Shown: positions 27,501 through 36,804, counted from the stretch's first letter. The stretch is 63,266 nucleotides of DNA from a virus (IMGVR_UViG_3300045970_000244:1-63266), one strand, 5' to 3'. Made by a program: numbers and translations. The notes: generated from the letters alone by a model not told the origin.

Positions 27501-27746
27501 TTACGCAGGTTCAATCACAGTTGTGATATTCCGCCATTCTTCAAGAAACTCTGCCGGCAAGTCGCTGCCGTGGACGTATTTCATCACGTCCCACTTTTGT
27601 TGAAGCACTGGTACTGAGAGAATCATGATACCCTCTGTCGCACCGAGGACCAGATGCTGAAACCAGCGCAGGGACGAGGTCGGTTTCTCAACCTGAGTGT
27701 AAACCGGCTCGCCCATCGCCAAACCGTCAGATTTGCCCTCAGTCAT
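27501..27746 (-). CDS. Hypothetical protein
   Basis: Start at MTEGKSDG (ATGA overlap); LRW...VLQQKW...EWR pattern seen in phage early genes. Confidence 0.6.
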   Translation of the reverse strand: MTEGKSDGLAMGEPVYTQVEKPTSSLRWFQHLVLGATEGIMILSVPVLQQKWDVMKYVHGSDLPAEFLEEWRNITTVIEPA

Positions 27747-28081
27747 GCGATGCCCTCTGGGCTGACACCAGCGGTAGGGCTGACCCCTTCGGACGTCAGG
27801 GCTGGGCGGTCCGGCATGGATTCGGGCAATACGTCGAAGCCCTTGAACCCCATAACGACATACTCCGGGTTGATGCGGTACTCGTTCAGGTACAGGATGT
27901 AAGAAACCTCCGCCTTGACGGCCTTGCCCGTGTACTTGAGCGTTTTGTCGTCCCACTCCTTCAGGATCAGCGTGTCGTACCGCCGGAACCCTCGGTCGTC
28001 CTTCCTGACCTCAAAGGTCTTGTCGCCGGCGAGGATAGCCCGAAAGAATCTTGGCAATATTCTCAGTTCGTGTGTCTTCAT
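27743..28081 (-). CDS. ASCH / DUF3850 domain protein
   Basis: MKTHELRILP.FF.AI..G.KTFEVRKDDRGF...D.LIL.EW; GAGGAG RBS. Confidence 0.85.
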   Translation of the reverse strand: MKTHELRILPRFFRAILAGDKTFEVRKDDRGFRRYDTLILKEWDDKTLKYTGKAVKAEVSYILYLNEYRINPEYVVMGFKGFDVLPESMPDRPALTSEGVSPTAGVSPEGIA

Positions 28082-28270
28082 GTCACTCCTCGTCCTTTCC
28101 GTTGAGTTCGTTTTGCACCCGCTGATAGATCTGCCTGAGCTTGGTCTGCTGCCCCGGCAACAGGTTACAGAATAACTTCCGGCTGATGTCGATGACAAAG
28201 CCTTTCTCGGCCTCGTTCATGGGCGCCCCGTCGAAGTTCTTCAGCATCCAGTCCATCATGTCTTGGTCGT

Positions 28271-28600
28271 TCACTTCCACTTGCCTCGCTTCAAGAACAC
28301 CACACACCGGCGCTCCCAAGGGCCGGCCGAATGCGTTCCGGTGTACCCGGGGTAAGGTGACGTCGTGCATCGAAAATGATCGCGGTCGAAAACATCAGTG
28401 ATGATCTGCTCTGCCTGTTTCATCCCGAGCGTCACAACCCGGTCGCCTACCTTGGGCTCCCAAAAATACCGCGTGCGGAGCTTGTGGAAGGTCAACACTC
28501 CAACCGCCAAAGCCAAGCGCAGCCCGACGATTCCCAGAACGACGATGATCGCGACGTCGAACAGCCGTTTCCAGTTTCCGACAAGCCAGTCCACGGCCAT
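28271..28600 (-). CDS. Membrane protein, hypothetical
   Basis: N-terminal hydrophobic helix; AAGGAG RBS. Confidence 0.6.
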   Translation of the reverse strand: MAVDWLVGNWKRLFDVAIIVVLGIVGLRLALAVGVLTFHKLRTRYFWEPKVGDRVVTLGMKQAEQIITDVFDRDHFRCTTSPYPGYTGTHSAGPWERRCVVFLKRGKWK

Positions 28601-28602
28601 GT

Positions 28603-28773
28603 TTACGCTCCTTTGGGCGTGACTTTAGGTTTAACTAAAGCTGCGCGCAAAACCGACAGTTTGTGCGAGGCCATTGCCTTTGGGTTCGCCCTCTCGATGC
28701 GTTCCCTCTCCGCCAGCTTGTCGATGCACTGTTTGAGGTACTTCATCCTGTTTTTCTTCAACGTCTTGCCCAT
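28603..28773 (-). CDS. Small basic hypothetical protein (56 aa, below ORF-track cutoff)
   Basis: AAAGGA RBS; MGKTLKKNRMKYLKQC...PKGA*. Confidence 0.55.
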   Translation of the reverse strand: MGKTLKKNRMKYLKQCIDKLAERERIERANPKAMASHKLSVLRAALVKPKVTPKGA

Positions 28774-28880
28774 AAATTCCTTTCAATAAAGTTGGTGCGG
28801 CGGGCCGAAGTTTGGGCATGACCCCGTGGCTTCCGTAAGCCCTTTGCACGGGCACCCGCCGCTTTGCCGTATCTGTGCTT

Positions 28881-29156
28881 TTACGTGGAACTGTAATACG
28901 GCTTCCCCACGTGCTCGCGACCGGAATCAATACCGGCTGCCATGATCTCTCTTCTAAGCCCTTCCGGCGTATACACCGGCGCGTGATTGTAATCATGGTC
29001 GGGAACTTCTGCCGCAGCGTTGCCTTGGCTTTCCCTGTGTGTCGCTCCACACTTCACGAGCAAAAGACGGCGGGCCGGGGAAGGTCGCTTCATTCGCTGT
29101 ACGTTACCCCGGTCTCTGACATACGCCACGAGCTTACCCGCCGTCTTCATCTTCAC
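28881..29156 (-). CDS. Hypothetical protein
   Basis: GTGA coupling to upstream gene. Confidence 0.45.
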   Translation of the reverse strand: MKMKTAGKLVAYVRDRGNVQRMKRPSPARRLLLVKCGATHRESQGNAAAEVPDHDYNHAPVYTPEGLRREIMAAGIDSGREHVGKPYYSST

Positions 29157-29707
29157 ATGCCCATCGCTGGGACACTCGTCAGGTTCGGGCCATCGGCGGC
29201 CGAACGTGCCGTTTTTTTGTTAGTCTGTTCCTTGATGTCCTCGGCGACCTGCTCACCAAGGGTCTTCTTCACCTCGGCGATTCCTTCGACCGTCGTTTCC
29301 GAACCAAGGTGGCTCTGAATCCCTTCAACCTGCCCGAGCGACATCTCACGTTGCAACTCGTGAACTTCCATCACGCGCTCGTCAACTTTCTTCCCGTCGT
29401 GGAAGTACGTCACGCTCTTTGAGTTCCAGTCGTACACGGCTTCGCATTCAAGGGTTTGGCTGTCGCGGCCGTTGTGTGCCACGCGGAGGATCGCCTTGAT
29501 CTTCTCCTGCTTTGACTTCTTGGCGGTGTCGTGGGTTTCTTTTACTTTCGCGAACTCTTGGTCCAACTCCTCAACTTCTGAGTTCAAGGCGCCGGCTTCC
29601 TTTACCAGCTTGGCCAGTTCAGGCTCTTGTAGTTCGACGCGAATCTCCCGCGTCACTGTGCGCCGTTCGATGTCTTCGGTTGGCGCCGACTTTGTTTTCT
29701 CTGTCAT
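29153..29707 (-). CDS. Hypothetical coiled-coil protein
   Basis: Start re-set to MTEKTKS; coiled coil followed by beta hairpin. Confidence 0.7.
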   Translation of the reverse strand: MTEKTKSAPTEDIERRTVTREIRVELQEPELAKLVKEAGALNSEVEELDQEFAKVKETHDTAKKSKQEKIKAILRVAHNGRDSQTLECEAVYDWNSKSVTYFHDGKKVDERVMEVHELQREMSLGQVEGIQSHLGSETTVEGIAEVKKTLGEQVAEDIKEQTNKKTARSAADGPNLTSVPAMGM

Positions 29708-29845
29708 CTCTCGTCCCCTATTCGTGTTGCTGTTTTCAGGAACCGGTGGGCCAGTTCCATGACCTGCAAAGACGGCCTTGTAAGACCGCAACCCACCGAT
29801 ACTGCAATTCCGGCACACGCAACTATTGAGCGCCGGAAAGTTTTC

Positions 29846-30241
29846 TCACTCCACTCCGAATGCGTCAGCGATTTCCAAAAGCGTCGGACGCATGTGGTGA
29901 AACTGCTCTTGAAGCTCAAACTTCGTGATCTTGGTTTTTGCCACGCCGAACAGAATATCCTCAATCTCGACTTGGATCGTTTCTTGGGCCTTCAACTGCT
30001 GTTTTTCGCTGAACTCAGCCATCGCCTTGTCGTGCGCGGCCTTCTGTTCAACTGTCATTTTGTCCAGCGCGATGTCCGACGAGGGCGCGGCCTCCGTCAA
30101 GGAGTTAAACTTGCGGAAGTGCTTGGCGATCTTCGTGTACACCTTCAGGTCTTTTATGGTCGTTCCGCGACCCGGTGCGGGCGCCTCCATGATCTGTGCT
30201 ACCAAGTCACACTGCTGTCGTTTCAATTCAACTGTTGCCAT
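29846..30241 (-). CDS. Hypothetical protein
   Basis: AAGGAG RBS; typical composition. Confidence 0.7.
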   Translation of the reverse strand: MATVELKRQQCDLVAQIMEAPAPGRGTTIKDLKVYTKIAKHFRKFNSLTEAAPSSDIALDKMTVEQKAAHDKAMAEFSEKQQLKAQETIQVEIEDILFGVAKTKITKFELQEQFHHMRPTLLEIADAFGVE

Positions 30242-30452
30242 TGTTTTTCTCCTTCGTTTTGTTGAGTTTCTCTATTAATGCATCGGCCAATTCGACCGCG
30301 CCAGCGATTAGTTCTGTTGGTAAGTGGTGTGCACCGGGGATGGAGTTTGCCGCCAGCCCCTGCATCGCCATCGCCGCGAACAATTCTCTTTTTGTCAGTC
30401 CGCCAGTGTGTCCGTTTTGCGTCGTTGGAAACGCCGGTTCTTCGTTTCTCAA
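30228..30452 (-). CDS. Conserved small phage protein (PAFP...GLTKRELFAAMAMQG family)
   Basis: Recognisable motif; TTG start after GGAGG. Confidence 0.75.
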   Translation of the reverse strand: MRNEEPAFPTTQNGHTGGLTKRELFAAMAMQGLAANSIPGAHHLPTELIAGAVELADALIEKLNKTKEKNNGNS

Positions 30453-30545
30453 TGCACGATCCTCCCGAACCAAATCCCGATGCTGAAGAAGATGAACCCA
30501 AATGCGAACACCAACAACAACGTCACTCTGTCTTGCGTTTTCATG

Positions 30546-30914
30546 TCAAAACACCGGCAAATGTTCTTCGCCTTCGGGCTGGGCCTCTGGCGCGGGCTGT
30601 TCTTTTGCGTTCGAGCGCAGCACCTGTCGCGCAACAACTTCCGTTGAGGTGCGGGTCTGCCCGTCCTTGTCGTACTGGCGCGTCTGAATCTCACCCTCTA
30701 CGAACACGCCGTCGCCCTTTTGCCACGTGGCCATCTCTTCGGCCGTCTTACCGAACCCTACAACGCGGTGCCAAGTCGTCTCGTAGGTGCCGTCTTTCTT
30801 GCGCTTCGACGTGGCTATGCTCGCGTTCGCCCAAGTGGTGCCAGAGTTCGTAGTGCCGCTCTTGGCGGGCTGCCCAACGCGGCCCACGAGAACGACCATG
30901 TTAGTTGTTAACAT
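30546..30914 (-). CDS. ssb: Single-stranded DNA-binding protein
   Basis: N.VVLVGRVG, TTWHRVV.FGK.AE, KGD.VFVEG.I.TR.Y, acidic tail ending PVF. Confidence 0.95.
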   Translation of the reverse strand: MLTTNMVVLVGRVGQPAKSGTTNSGTTWANASIATSKRKKDGTYETTWHRVVGFGKTAEEMATWQKGDGVFVEGEIQTRQYDKDGQTRTSTEVVARQVLRSNAKEQPAPEAQPEGEEHLPVF

Positions 30915-31239
30915 CGGGCGCCCCTTTCTCTGCGGAAGCCCGGAGTTCTTCTTCACGGAGCTGTGCGAACTTTGTGCGCACTCCGTTCACTGTGGCCTCT
31001 TCAATCTCTTTGGTTGGGCCGGCGATCTGGTTACCCAGCGTGACCGTCGCCGCGATCAGTGCGTCGTACATCACGTTGAGCATGACCGTGAGGTGTTCGG
31101 TCTTTGCACCCGGAAGACGGCGCTTCATGTCGGCTAAGGTGATATTGAACCCCTTGACGATCTCCTGACAGAACCCGTTGGCGGTCGTATCGACCACGTC
31201 TTTCCACTCTTGTTTTTTCCCTAGCAATTTATTCAGCAT
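30901..31239 (-). CDS. Hypothetical protein
   Basis: Start re-set to MLNKLLG after AAGGGG. Confidence 0.6.
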   Translation of the reverse strand: MLNKLLGKKQEWKDVVDTTANGFCQEIVKGFNITLADMKRRLPGAKTEHLTVMLNVMYDALIAATVTLGNQIAGPTKEIEEATVNGVRTKFAQLREEELRASAEKGAPDVNN

Positions 31240-31240
31240 C

Positions 31241-31495
31241 TCAGTTCCCCTTCTCGTTGAGTCGCCCGTTTTCTTGGGCAATCTGTTTTACGCGGGCTTC
31301 GATTTCTGCTATCCGCGCTTCGTTGTATAAAAACTTCATGAGTAAGGCCCGGCGTTCAGCGTAAGTGGTGCGCTTTGCCTCATCAGGTGAAGGCAGGTAG
31401 GACGCGATCAGTCGAATCTGCTCGTCGTCGGTCAACATACTGAAGATTCTCTGCGCCTCAGCCCTACGCCGAAAGCCCTCGTACCTATTATTCAC
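31241..31495 (-). CDS. Hypothetical protein
   Basis: GTG start (GTGA overlap) MNNRYEGF... Confidence 0.55.
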   Translation of the reverse strand: MNNRYEGFRRRAEAQRIFSMLTDDEQIRLIASYLPSPDEAKRTTYAERRALLMKFLYNEARIAEIEARVKQIAQENGRLNEKGN

Positions 31496-31779
31496 TTGCG
31501 CACCAATCGTTTCCGCCCAAGCTGTTCGACTATCTCCCAGCCGAGGTCGTTGAGTTTCAATTCCAGCACTGGGAACCTCTCGCACATCTGCGACCATCCG
31601 ACGGCATGTTGGGTAATGTGGTGAAGACGACACATTGAGATTAAATTGCTCACGGCATCGCCTCCACCACTCCCCCGGCTCTGAATGTGACAAGCGTCCC
31701 CCGGACGCCGACAGATCACACACGGAGCACCACTAATTGATTTGAGTAGGCTGCGATCCCTGAGCCTGTACTTTGCCAT
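31492..31779 (-). CDS. Zn-binding HNH-like protein (DUF968/DUF1364-like)
   Basis: PCVIC...DACHIQSRGSGG.D...NLI.MCRLHH..QH..GW. Confidence 0.75.
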   Translation of the reverse strand: MAKYRLRDRSLLKSISGAPCVICRRPGDACHIQSRGSGGGDAVSNLISMCRLHHITQHAVGWSQMCERFPVLELKLNDLGWEIVEQLGRKRLVRK

Positions 31780-32854
31780 CGGTAAGGTACGCCTTGTTGA
31801 GTTCATCGGCCAAAGAAGAACTTGGCGCTGTCCCGACGGCGTCTCCGTCCCATTCGATGATTCCGATCCCGGAAAGGATGTCTGGGAACATGTCTTTCAG
31901 CGCCCAACTTCTTGCTCGCATTTGCAACATTCTCTTTGGGTATGACTTCCAAACGTCTTTCCCCCAAAGTCCGGCGCGTTTGGCGTCTTCCACTGAAAAA
32001 TCACGAACGATTGGGTCAAATCCCGTGCGCTTGAGGGTACATTCTGCGTATTTTGGACTTAAGTCTTCATTATGGAAAAACACTTCCTTGATCGACTCTA
32101 AAAGACCGGATTTCATGACCAAAGACAGCGGTAAATCCCCAAATAGGCTCGGCGTCCCATTAATGACCGCTATCTTTCCAACAGAGGACATTGGAGGAAG
32201 ACCAAGTTCTCGACAAATTTGAAGAGCAACCAATATTTTTTCCGGTGAATTCAGTCCTCGCGGCATCAGTCCGCTTCTGTGATACGCCGTAGCGAGCCGA
32301 AACTCTTCTTCAAGGGTTGAGCCAACTAGGACGCCATTGTCCTTGGCTTGTAGGGCGGTAGGTCTGGGTTGAGTCGTCGCCGGTAGATTGCTCGTTGCTC
32401 GCGCTGTCTCGTGTTCACGCAAGTTCGACACGCTCGTTGATTCTTTCGCGCTACCAGATTCGCTCCGCTCAGCGGATGTCCGGCCGGGCAATGCGTCTTC
32501 TTCTGATAATGGTGTCGGCCCTTCTGTATTTTGTCGCCCGCGTTGTCCTTGTGCGTCCCCAGAAAGAGGTGTTCCGGGTTCACGCACGCTGGGTTGTCGC
32601 ATTTGTGGCAGACCAGAAGTTTTCCCAGTATCGCTCCCTTGAAGTGGAGATACGAGAGGCGATGTGCAAGATGAAGCCTCTTTCTCCCTTCCCCGATTAC
32701 TCCGTACCCCTTGTTGGTTTTGGCCGCTATCCACTGCCAGCATCCCTCCGTTTTGCGCACCTTGCTCCAAAATCGTTCCGTCAGTTTCATAGTCTTCCCA
32801 CTTCATGTCGTTTGCGATCTGGGCTTCACTTTTGTTTTCCGTTTTGTTTTCCAT
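31733..32854 (-). CDS. RecT-like single-strand annealing protein with long disordered N-terminal region
   Basis: [30 protein letters not shown]...[22 protein letters not shown]; adjacent to RecE-like exonuclease. Confidence 0.85.
   Translation of the reverse strand: MENKTENKSEAQIANDMKWEDYETDGTILEQGAQNGGMLAVDSGQNQQGVRSNRGREKEASSCTSPLVSPLQGSDTGKTSGLPQMRQPSVREPGTPLSGDAQGQRGRQNTEGPTPLSEEDALPGRTSAERSESGSAKESTSVSNLREHETARATSNLPATTQPRPTALQAKDNGVLVGSTLEEEFRLATAYHRSGLMPRGLNSPEKILVALQICRELGLPPMSSVGKIAVINGTPSLFGDLPLSLVMKSGLLESIKEVFFHNEDLSPKYAECTLKRTGFDPIVRDFSVEDAKRAGLWGKDVWKSYPKRMLQMRARSWALKDMFPDILSGIGIIEWDGDAVGTAPSSSLADELNKAYLTDGKVQAQGSQPTQIN
32326..32790 (-). CDS. HNH homing-type endonuclease nested in recT in another frame
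   Basis: RFWSKV...CWQW...GYG...AHRLSY...[24 protein letters not shown] plus KTHCPAGH...R.CRTC zinc motif. Confidence 0.9.
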   Translation of the reverse strand: MKLTERFWSKVRKTEGCWQWIAAKTNKGYGVIGEGRKRLHLAHRLSYLHFKGAILGKLLVCHKCDNPACVNPEHLFLGTHKDNAGDKIQKGRHHYQKKTHCPAGHPLSGANLVARKNQRACRTCVNTRQREQRAIYRRRLNPDLPPYKPRTMAS

Positions 32855-33069
32855 TGTTCCGTTTCCTCTGTGGCCCGAAGCCGCACCCGTAAGGCAAGAA
32901 TTTGGTCAAACAGAAAGGTAATCTGCGTCCAGACGTGGGTTTCCGTCAACGGGGCTCCAAACTGTGTCTGGAACTCCTCGTGCATTGCCTTTCTCTCTGC
33001 CTCCAACTTGCTCACGTATCCGCCTCGGTCTATGGTTATTTGGGGTGCCCCGGCGGACGCGGTGCTCAT
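32803..33069 (-). CDS. Hypothetical protein
   Basis: Likely start MSTASAG; overlaps the recT 5' end. Confidence 0.5.
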   Translation of the reverse strand: MSTASAGAPQITIDRGGYVSKLEAERKAMHEEFQTQFGAPLTETHVWTQITFLFDQILALRVRLRATEETEQWKTKRKTKVKPRSQTT

Positions 33070-33180
33070 AACATCCAAGCCCGCCGGAGCGATGTCTGGG
33101 CTCACTATCAATAGTCTGTTGAGACTGAACCCAAACCTACAAACGCCCTTGCAATAAAGCAAGGTATTATATTTATTTTT

Positions 33181-34083
33181 TCATTCTTCGTCGAAGTCTG
33201 GGACCGACACCCATTCCGGGACCGTCACTGGAATCGCCCTCTCCGGGTAAGATGGCCAGATGTTCACCTTTAAACACTCAGCGTAACGCTTGGTGAGCAT
33301 CGCCCTCCATTGCTCGGCCGGCGCCAGACAACCCATATCGAGCGGGTAAATCATGATGCCGTAGGGCGGTTCCTTCTCGATTGCCACGATGGTCGAAGCC
33401 TCTGACTTGCTGATCCCAGCGACGCGCAAACAGTGAACATAGTGCGCCGCTTGGAGCGCGTACCACGGTGAGCGCGGGTGATTACTGAAGATGGCGTTCG
33501 TCATGTGCCCCGGGCGCGCGTCGATACTCGTCTTGAAGTCCACCAGAAACCCCTCCTTGCTGATGAAGTCGGGCCGGCACTTCAGCTTGACGCCGGTTTC
33601 CGGGTCTTCAACAACGAGCGAGGTTTCGCGCACGCCGCCCATGAGCATCTTGCCCAAAAGGCGGTGCGAGCTTATGGCCTCCAAAACACCGATGAGCATC
33701 CGTTCTTCTTCCTCACTGACGAACACGGCGTCACTCGGTTGGGCCGCAAGCCAGTTCTTTTTGGCTTCACGGGCCTCAGCCGATTGCGTGCTGTCGCGAC
33801 CGTCCTTGGTCTTGCCGACGAACACGGGCACGCGCTTCATCTTCTTGAGAAGTTCGGGCCCGATCTGCAATGCGAGGTGTACCAGAGAACCAGCCTTCAT
33901 CGCGTCCGTCGGTTCCTTCTTGTTCGTTTTGCTCAGCAGGTAATGTCGTGGGCTTCGGTAAAGTTCATAGAGATCGCCGGAGCGCAGAGCGTCGATGGCG
34001 TCGTACATCTCGTACGATAAGCCGCTGATGAGCTTGCCAACCTCGGGCTTGAACGCCTCGGTGGTTTCAACAGTGGGCTCCAT
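33181..34083 (-). CDS. RecE/ExoVIII-like PD-(D/E)xK exonuclease (DUF3799-like)
   Basis: TDAM..GS.VH, E.S....DPETGV.LKCRPD, VDFKTS, Y.LQAAHY, IEKEPPY. Confidence 0.9.
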   Translation of the reverse strand: MEPTVETTEAFKPEVGKLISGLSYEMYDAIDALRSGDLYELYRSPRHYLLSKTNKKEPTDAMKAGSLVHLALQIGPELLKKMKRVPVFVGKTKDGRDSTQSAEAREAKKNWLAAQPSDAVFVSEEEERMLIGVLEAISSHRLLGKMLMGGVRETSLVVEDPETGVKLKCRPDFISKEGFLVDFKTSIDARPGHMTNAIFSNHPRSPWYALQAAHYVHCLRVAGISKSEASTIVAIEKEPPYGIMIYPLDMGCLAPAEQWRAMLTKRYAECLKVNIWPSYPERAIPVTVPEWVSVPDFDEE

Positions 34084-34429
34084 CGCTGGCCTCCTTGTAA
34101 GTGCCGTCTGCGATCGCCTTGTGCGTCATTATGGTGTCGAGCTCTGTCTTATCGTTCGAGTGATCCTTCCCGCACGGGCACATCATCGCGTCGAACCGCC
34201 CGGGGCTGAAAACTTCCATCGTGGCGCGCACGGTCTGGTTGATGGTCTGGAGCCGTGTGTTTTCCAGCTCCAAGGCCCGAATACGCCGTTGACGAGTCTC
34301 CAGCTCCTCGTGTAGTATCCGGCGCTCATTGTTGAGCAGCACAATCTCGTTGCTCAACGGGTGACTGACCTTCAATACCCGAATCGTTTTTTTCCGTTTC
34401 ACTTTGACCTTCCGTTTTGCCTTCTTCAT
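34067..34429 (-). CDS. Hypothetical coiled-coil protein
   Basis: Basic N-terminus, coiled coil, CPCG..H. Confidence 0.65.
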   Translation of the reverse strand: MKKAKRKVKVKRKKTIRVLKVSHPLSNEIVLLNNERRILHEELETRQRRIRALELENTRLQTINQTVRATMEVFSPGRFDAMMCPCGKDHSNDKTELDTIMTHKAIADGTYKEASDGAHC

Positions 34430-34432
34430 GGC

Positions 34433-34657
34433 TCATTGTTCCTTTCTGTTTGATGATGAAAAATCGTTCGCCTTAGTGCACGTCAGGAAGTGGCTCACGT
34501 GGAACCCCTCGCTCACCAAGTCCGCATACGGCTGCCCAGAGAAGTCCTTCTTGACCTCGTACACGGCGGCTCGGGCGTCCAACGGCATGGTCTTGCCGGC
34601 CTTTGTCTTAAGAAAGATGATGGGCTTACCGCAGCCCTTGCACGGCACGGTATTCAT
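34433..34657 (-). CDS. Small zinc-ribbon phage protein
   Basis: CKGCGKPIIF..T..GK.MPLD...SHF.TC. Confidence 0.8.
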   Translation of the reverse strand: MNTVPCKGCGKPIIFLKTKAGKTMPLDARAAVYEVKKDFSGQPYADLVSEGFHVSHFLTCTKANDFSSSNRKEQ

Positions 34658-34926
34658 GGTGCCACCGCCCGGCTCTCCTTGAGATTCCACTCGCCCTCAA
34701 GGAACCGAACCTTCTCTGGTGAAACCATCCTGATTCGCCCGTTATCCAGCTCAACGATGCCGACAGTCTCGCAGTTCCCCGTGGGATTCGGCGCTTTCGA
34801 GTACCTTGAACCCCAACGGTGAAAAATCGCTGCCCTCGTCGTGACCGCCCACTTGTCCGGCGCCCCGTCAACCGGGAGTTTGATCTGCACCTCAACCTTT
34901 CGGAATACGTGCTTTGGTGTGCTCAT
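34654..34926 (-). CDS. Hypothetical protein
   Basis: FHRWG...T.GIVEL.NG.I..V.P..VRF motif common in phage early genes. Confidence 0.7.
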   Translation of the reverse strand: MSTPKHVFRKVEVQIKLPVDGAPDKWAVTTRAAIFHRWGSRYSKAPNPTGNCETVGIVELDNGRIRMVSPEKVRFLEGEWNLKESRAVAP

Positions 34927-35132
34927 TGAAGCGACCCGCCTTTCAAACCGCGCTCGAATGCGGCCGTGTACCCGTCGTAGAATGCCTTATGAAGCCCGAG
35001 GGGCATCTGCTTCAGCATCCCCTTGAGCATAGCTCCTGCCATTCTCCCAAGCGCCCTTCCGACGTCGCGCGCGATGAGTTTCTCGGCTTTAGTGACTCGT
35101 TGTTTTTTCTTCTCAGCCTTCATGGTGTTCAA
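34923..35132 (-). CDS. Hypothetical protein
   Basis: Coupled to both neighbours. Confidence 0.55.
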   Translation of the reverse strand: MNTMKAEKKKQRVTKAEKLIARDVGRALGRMAGAMLKGMLKQMPLGLHKAFYDGYTAAFERGLKGGSLQ

Positions 35133-35392
35133 CCCTTCAGCTCAGAGAGCATCTTCTCAATGACGTCGTGCAGGGTTTCGCTTCGCACCTTCTCTTCGCG
35201 AACCTTGATGCGTTCCGAATTGAGCAGCGTCTTCATGTCGTCGCAGGTTCTAGTCAGGCGCTCGACCTGCTCCTTCAGCGTAAGATTCTGCTTATCGCTT
35301 TCCTCGGCTTTGAGCTTCCAGCTTTCGCCTTCTGCTCTCAGCTTCGAGATGGCCTCTTCGTTCGTGATTGGGGTCTGTTCCGTGTCTGTCAT
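35129..35392 (-). CDS. Hypothetical coiled-coil protein
   Basis: GAAGGA RBS, heptad pattern. Confidence 0.7.
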   Translation of the reverse strand: MTDTEQTPITNEEAISKLRAEGESWKLKAEESDKQNLTLKEQVERLTRTCDDMKTLLNSERIKVREEKVRSETLHDVIEKMLSELKG

Positions 35393-36009
35393 GTTCGTTC
35401 CTTCCTGTTTTTTCCGTTTATATGAGCCCGCTCATGCGAGCCTTCCGCACTTCGCGATACAAATCGACTTGGAGCCGCATCAAACTGCCCATTTGCTTTG
35501 CGCAGTTGCACGCGGCGTTTACCTCTTCTGGTGTTGGCTGTTTCTCCGTCCCAACAGCGGCGGCGGATTTCATCAAGCCGTTCAAGTGCTTTACTGAGTC
35601 TCCGATTAAGTTCGTTGACCGTGAGATTTCCACGACGGCACTCTCGGATAACTCCGCTGAGTCCGTAGGCTGGATGCCAGCGATTGACTCGTGACTGATA
35701 CCACTCTCGCTGCTTTCGTTTTCGCTCTGGGTCTGCCTTTGCACGTTCGTGTCTCCTTCGGTTGTACTGTTTTCGAAACTCTTCTCCTCGGCTCCAATGT
35801 TTCCGAGCCCACTTTGCGCGCTCTCGCTCTGGGTTTCTCCAGTATTGTGCTCTTTTTCGGGCTCGGGATTCGGCGAGGCTGCTATGATACCGCTGATGCG
35901 CTCTTCGAGCCGCTTGAGCCTTTCTTCTTTCGACAGATTCTTTGCTGCGCCACGCGCCCGAGTACCAGACGCGCTCGCCTTCAGGGATTCGAGGTGTTCG
36001 TTTGCGCAC
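35389..36009 (-). CDS. Arg/Trp-rich basic protein (overlapping frame B)
   Basis: GTG start 7 nt after GGAGG; stop overlaps next ATG. Confidence 0.5.
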   Translation of the reverse strand: MRKRTPRIPEGERVWYSGAWRSKESVERRKAQAARRAHQRYHSSLAESRARKRAQYWRNPERERAKWARKHWSRGEEFRKQYNRRRHERAKADPERKRKQREWYQSRVNRWHPAYGLSGVIRECRRGNLTVNELNRRLSKALERLDEIRRRCWDGETANTRRGKRRVQLRKANGQFDAAPSRFVSRSAEGSHERAHINGKNRKERT

Positions 36010-36014
36010 TTCAT
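35418..36014 (-). CDS. Protein with acidic disordered middle and helical C-terminus (overlapping frame A)
   Basis: ATG 6 nt after GGAGG and coupled to upstream stop; C-terminus NAACNCAKQM..LMRL..D. Confidence 0.55.
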   Translation of the reverse strand: MKCANEHLESLKASASGTRARGAAKNLSKEERLKRLEERISGIIAASPNPEPEKEHNTGETQSESAQSGLGNIGAEEKSFENSTTEGDTNVQRQTQSENESSESGISHESIAGIQPTDSAELSESAVVEISRSTNLIGDSVKHLNGLMKSAAAVGTEKQPTPEEVNAACNCAKQMGSLMRLQVDLYREVRKARMSGLI

Positions 36015-36604
36015 GGCCTCCCTCCGTTCCAATTCAACCCCGGGTAAAGAACAGGCCAGAGCTTCATGGGTGGTTGCAATTGGTTTCTCGGGTAGATGTA
36101 GATCGGGTGGCCAGCCTTCTTGTTCTTACTCACCCGGGCCTTGCGCTTGATTACCTCGCCAAGCTCAAACCCGGTGATGAACAGCAAGCTCGGGAACAGG
36201 CACACGATCACGTTGACGTAGTATTTTTCTTCTTTCAACTGATCCTGATTGACCACGAGGTTCCAAAACTGCGGGTCTGGTTCGCGGCAGCTCTTGGTTT
36301 CAATGTGCGAGCCGTTGTCGTTGGTCGCGTTCAACTTATTGTAGTCTTCTGTGTAAATCAGGTTCACGCGAGCGACACTCCCGTACAGGAGCCACACTGC
36401 GAGTTCACCGGCAACGCCGGCCGCGTGCCACTTGTTTTCAGCGTCTGCGGTCTTTGATGTCCAGCCCTGTTTTTTACCGTTGTTGTTGCGTTGCGCGCCC
36501 ATCTTCTCACACCAAGTCGCCTCACCCGGACCGATGTTCACCGGGCACCAGTGCGGGTTCTCCTGCCAGAACATCTTGTAGTTGTCCAAGGTCATCAGGC
36601 TCAT
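36011..36604 (-). CDS. Putative PD-(D/E)xK-like nuclease
   Basis: G.AGELAV...D....IETKS pattern. Confidence 0.5.
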   Translation of the reverse strand: MSLMTLDNYKMFWQENPHWCPVNIGPGEATWCEKMGAQRNNNGKKQGWTSKTADAENKWHAAGVAGELAVWLLYGSVARVNLIYTEDYNKLNATNDNGSHIETKSCREPDPQFWNLVVNQDQLKEEKYYVNVIVCLFPSLLFITGFELGEVIKRKARVSKNKKAGHPIYIYPRNQLQPPMKLWPVLYPGLNWNGGRP

Positions 36605-36804
36605 GCTTCACCGGCCGGTCTCAGTGCCCAACGTGCAAGGGCAACGCTGATCTCTTTGACGGCCTCGTCGCTGGCGTCATCGATGGTCACAGTTCGGCCG
36701 TCAGCCTCAATCACTCGGGTCATCGTGTGGTGCTCAGGCCCAAAGGTCAGGCTCTTGAGAAAGGCACGGCAGTCGTCAGGCTTGCGGAGGCCCCACTGTT
36801 TCAT
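36601..36804 (-). CDS. Hypothetical protein
   Basis: GGAGG RBS; MKQWGLRKPDDC start. Confidence 0.6.
   Translation of the reverse strand: MKQWGLRKPDDCRAFLKSLTFGPEHHTMTRVIEADGRTVTIDDASDEAVKEISVALARWALRPAGEA

Noticed and set aside
32326-32790. HNH as part of a group I intron or intein
   Set aside because: No flanking space for an intron core, no intein terminal motifs, and the HNH is out of frame with recT.
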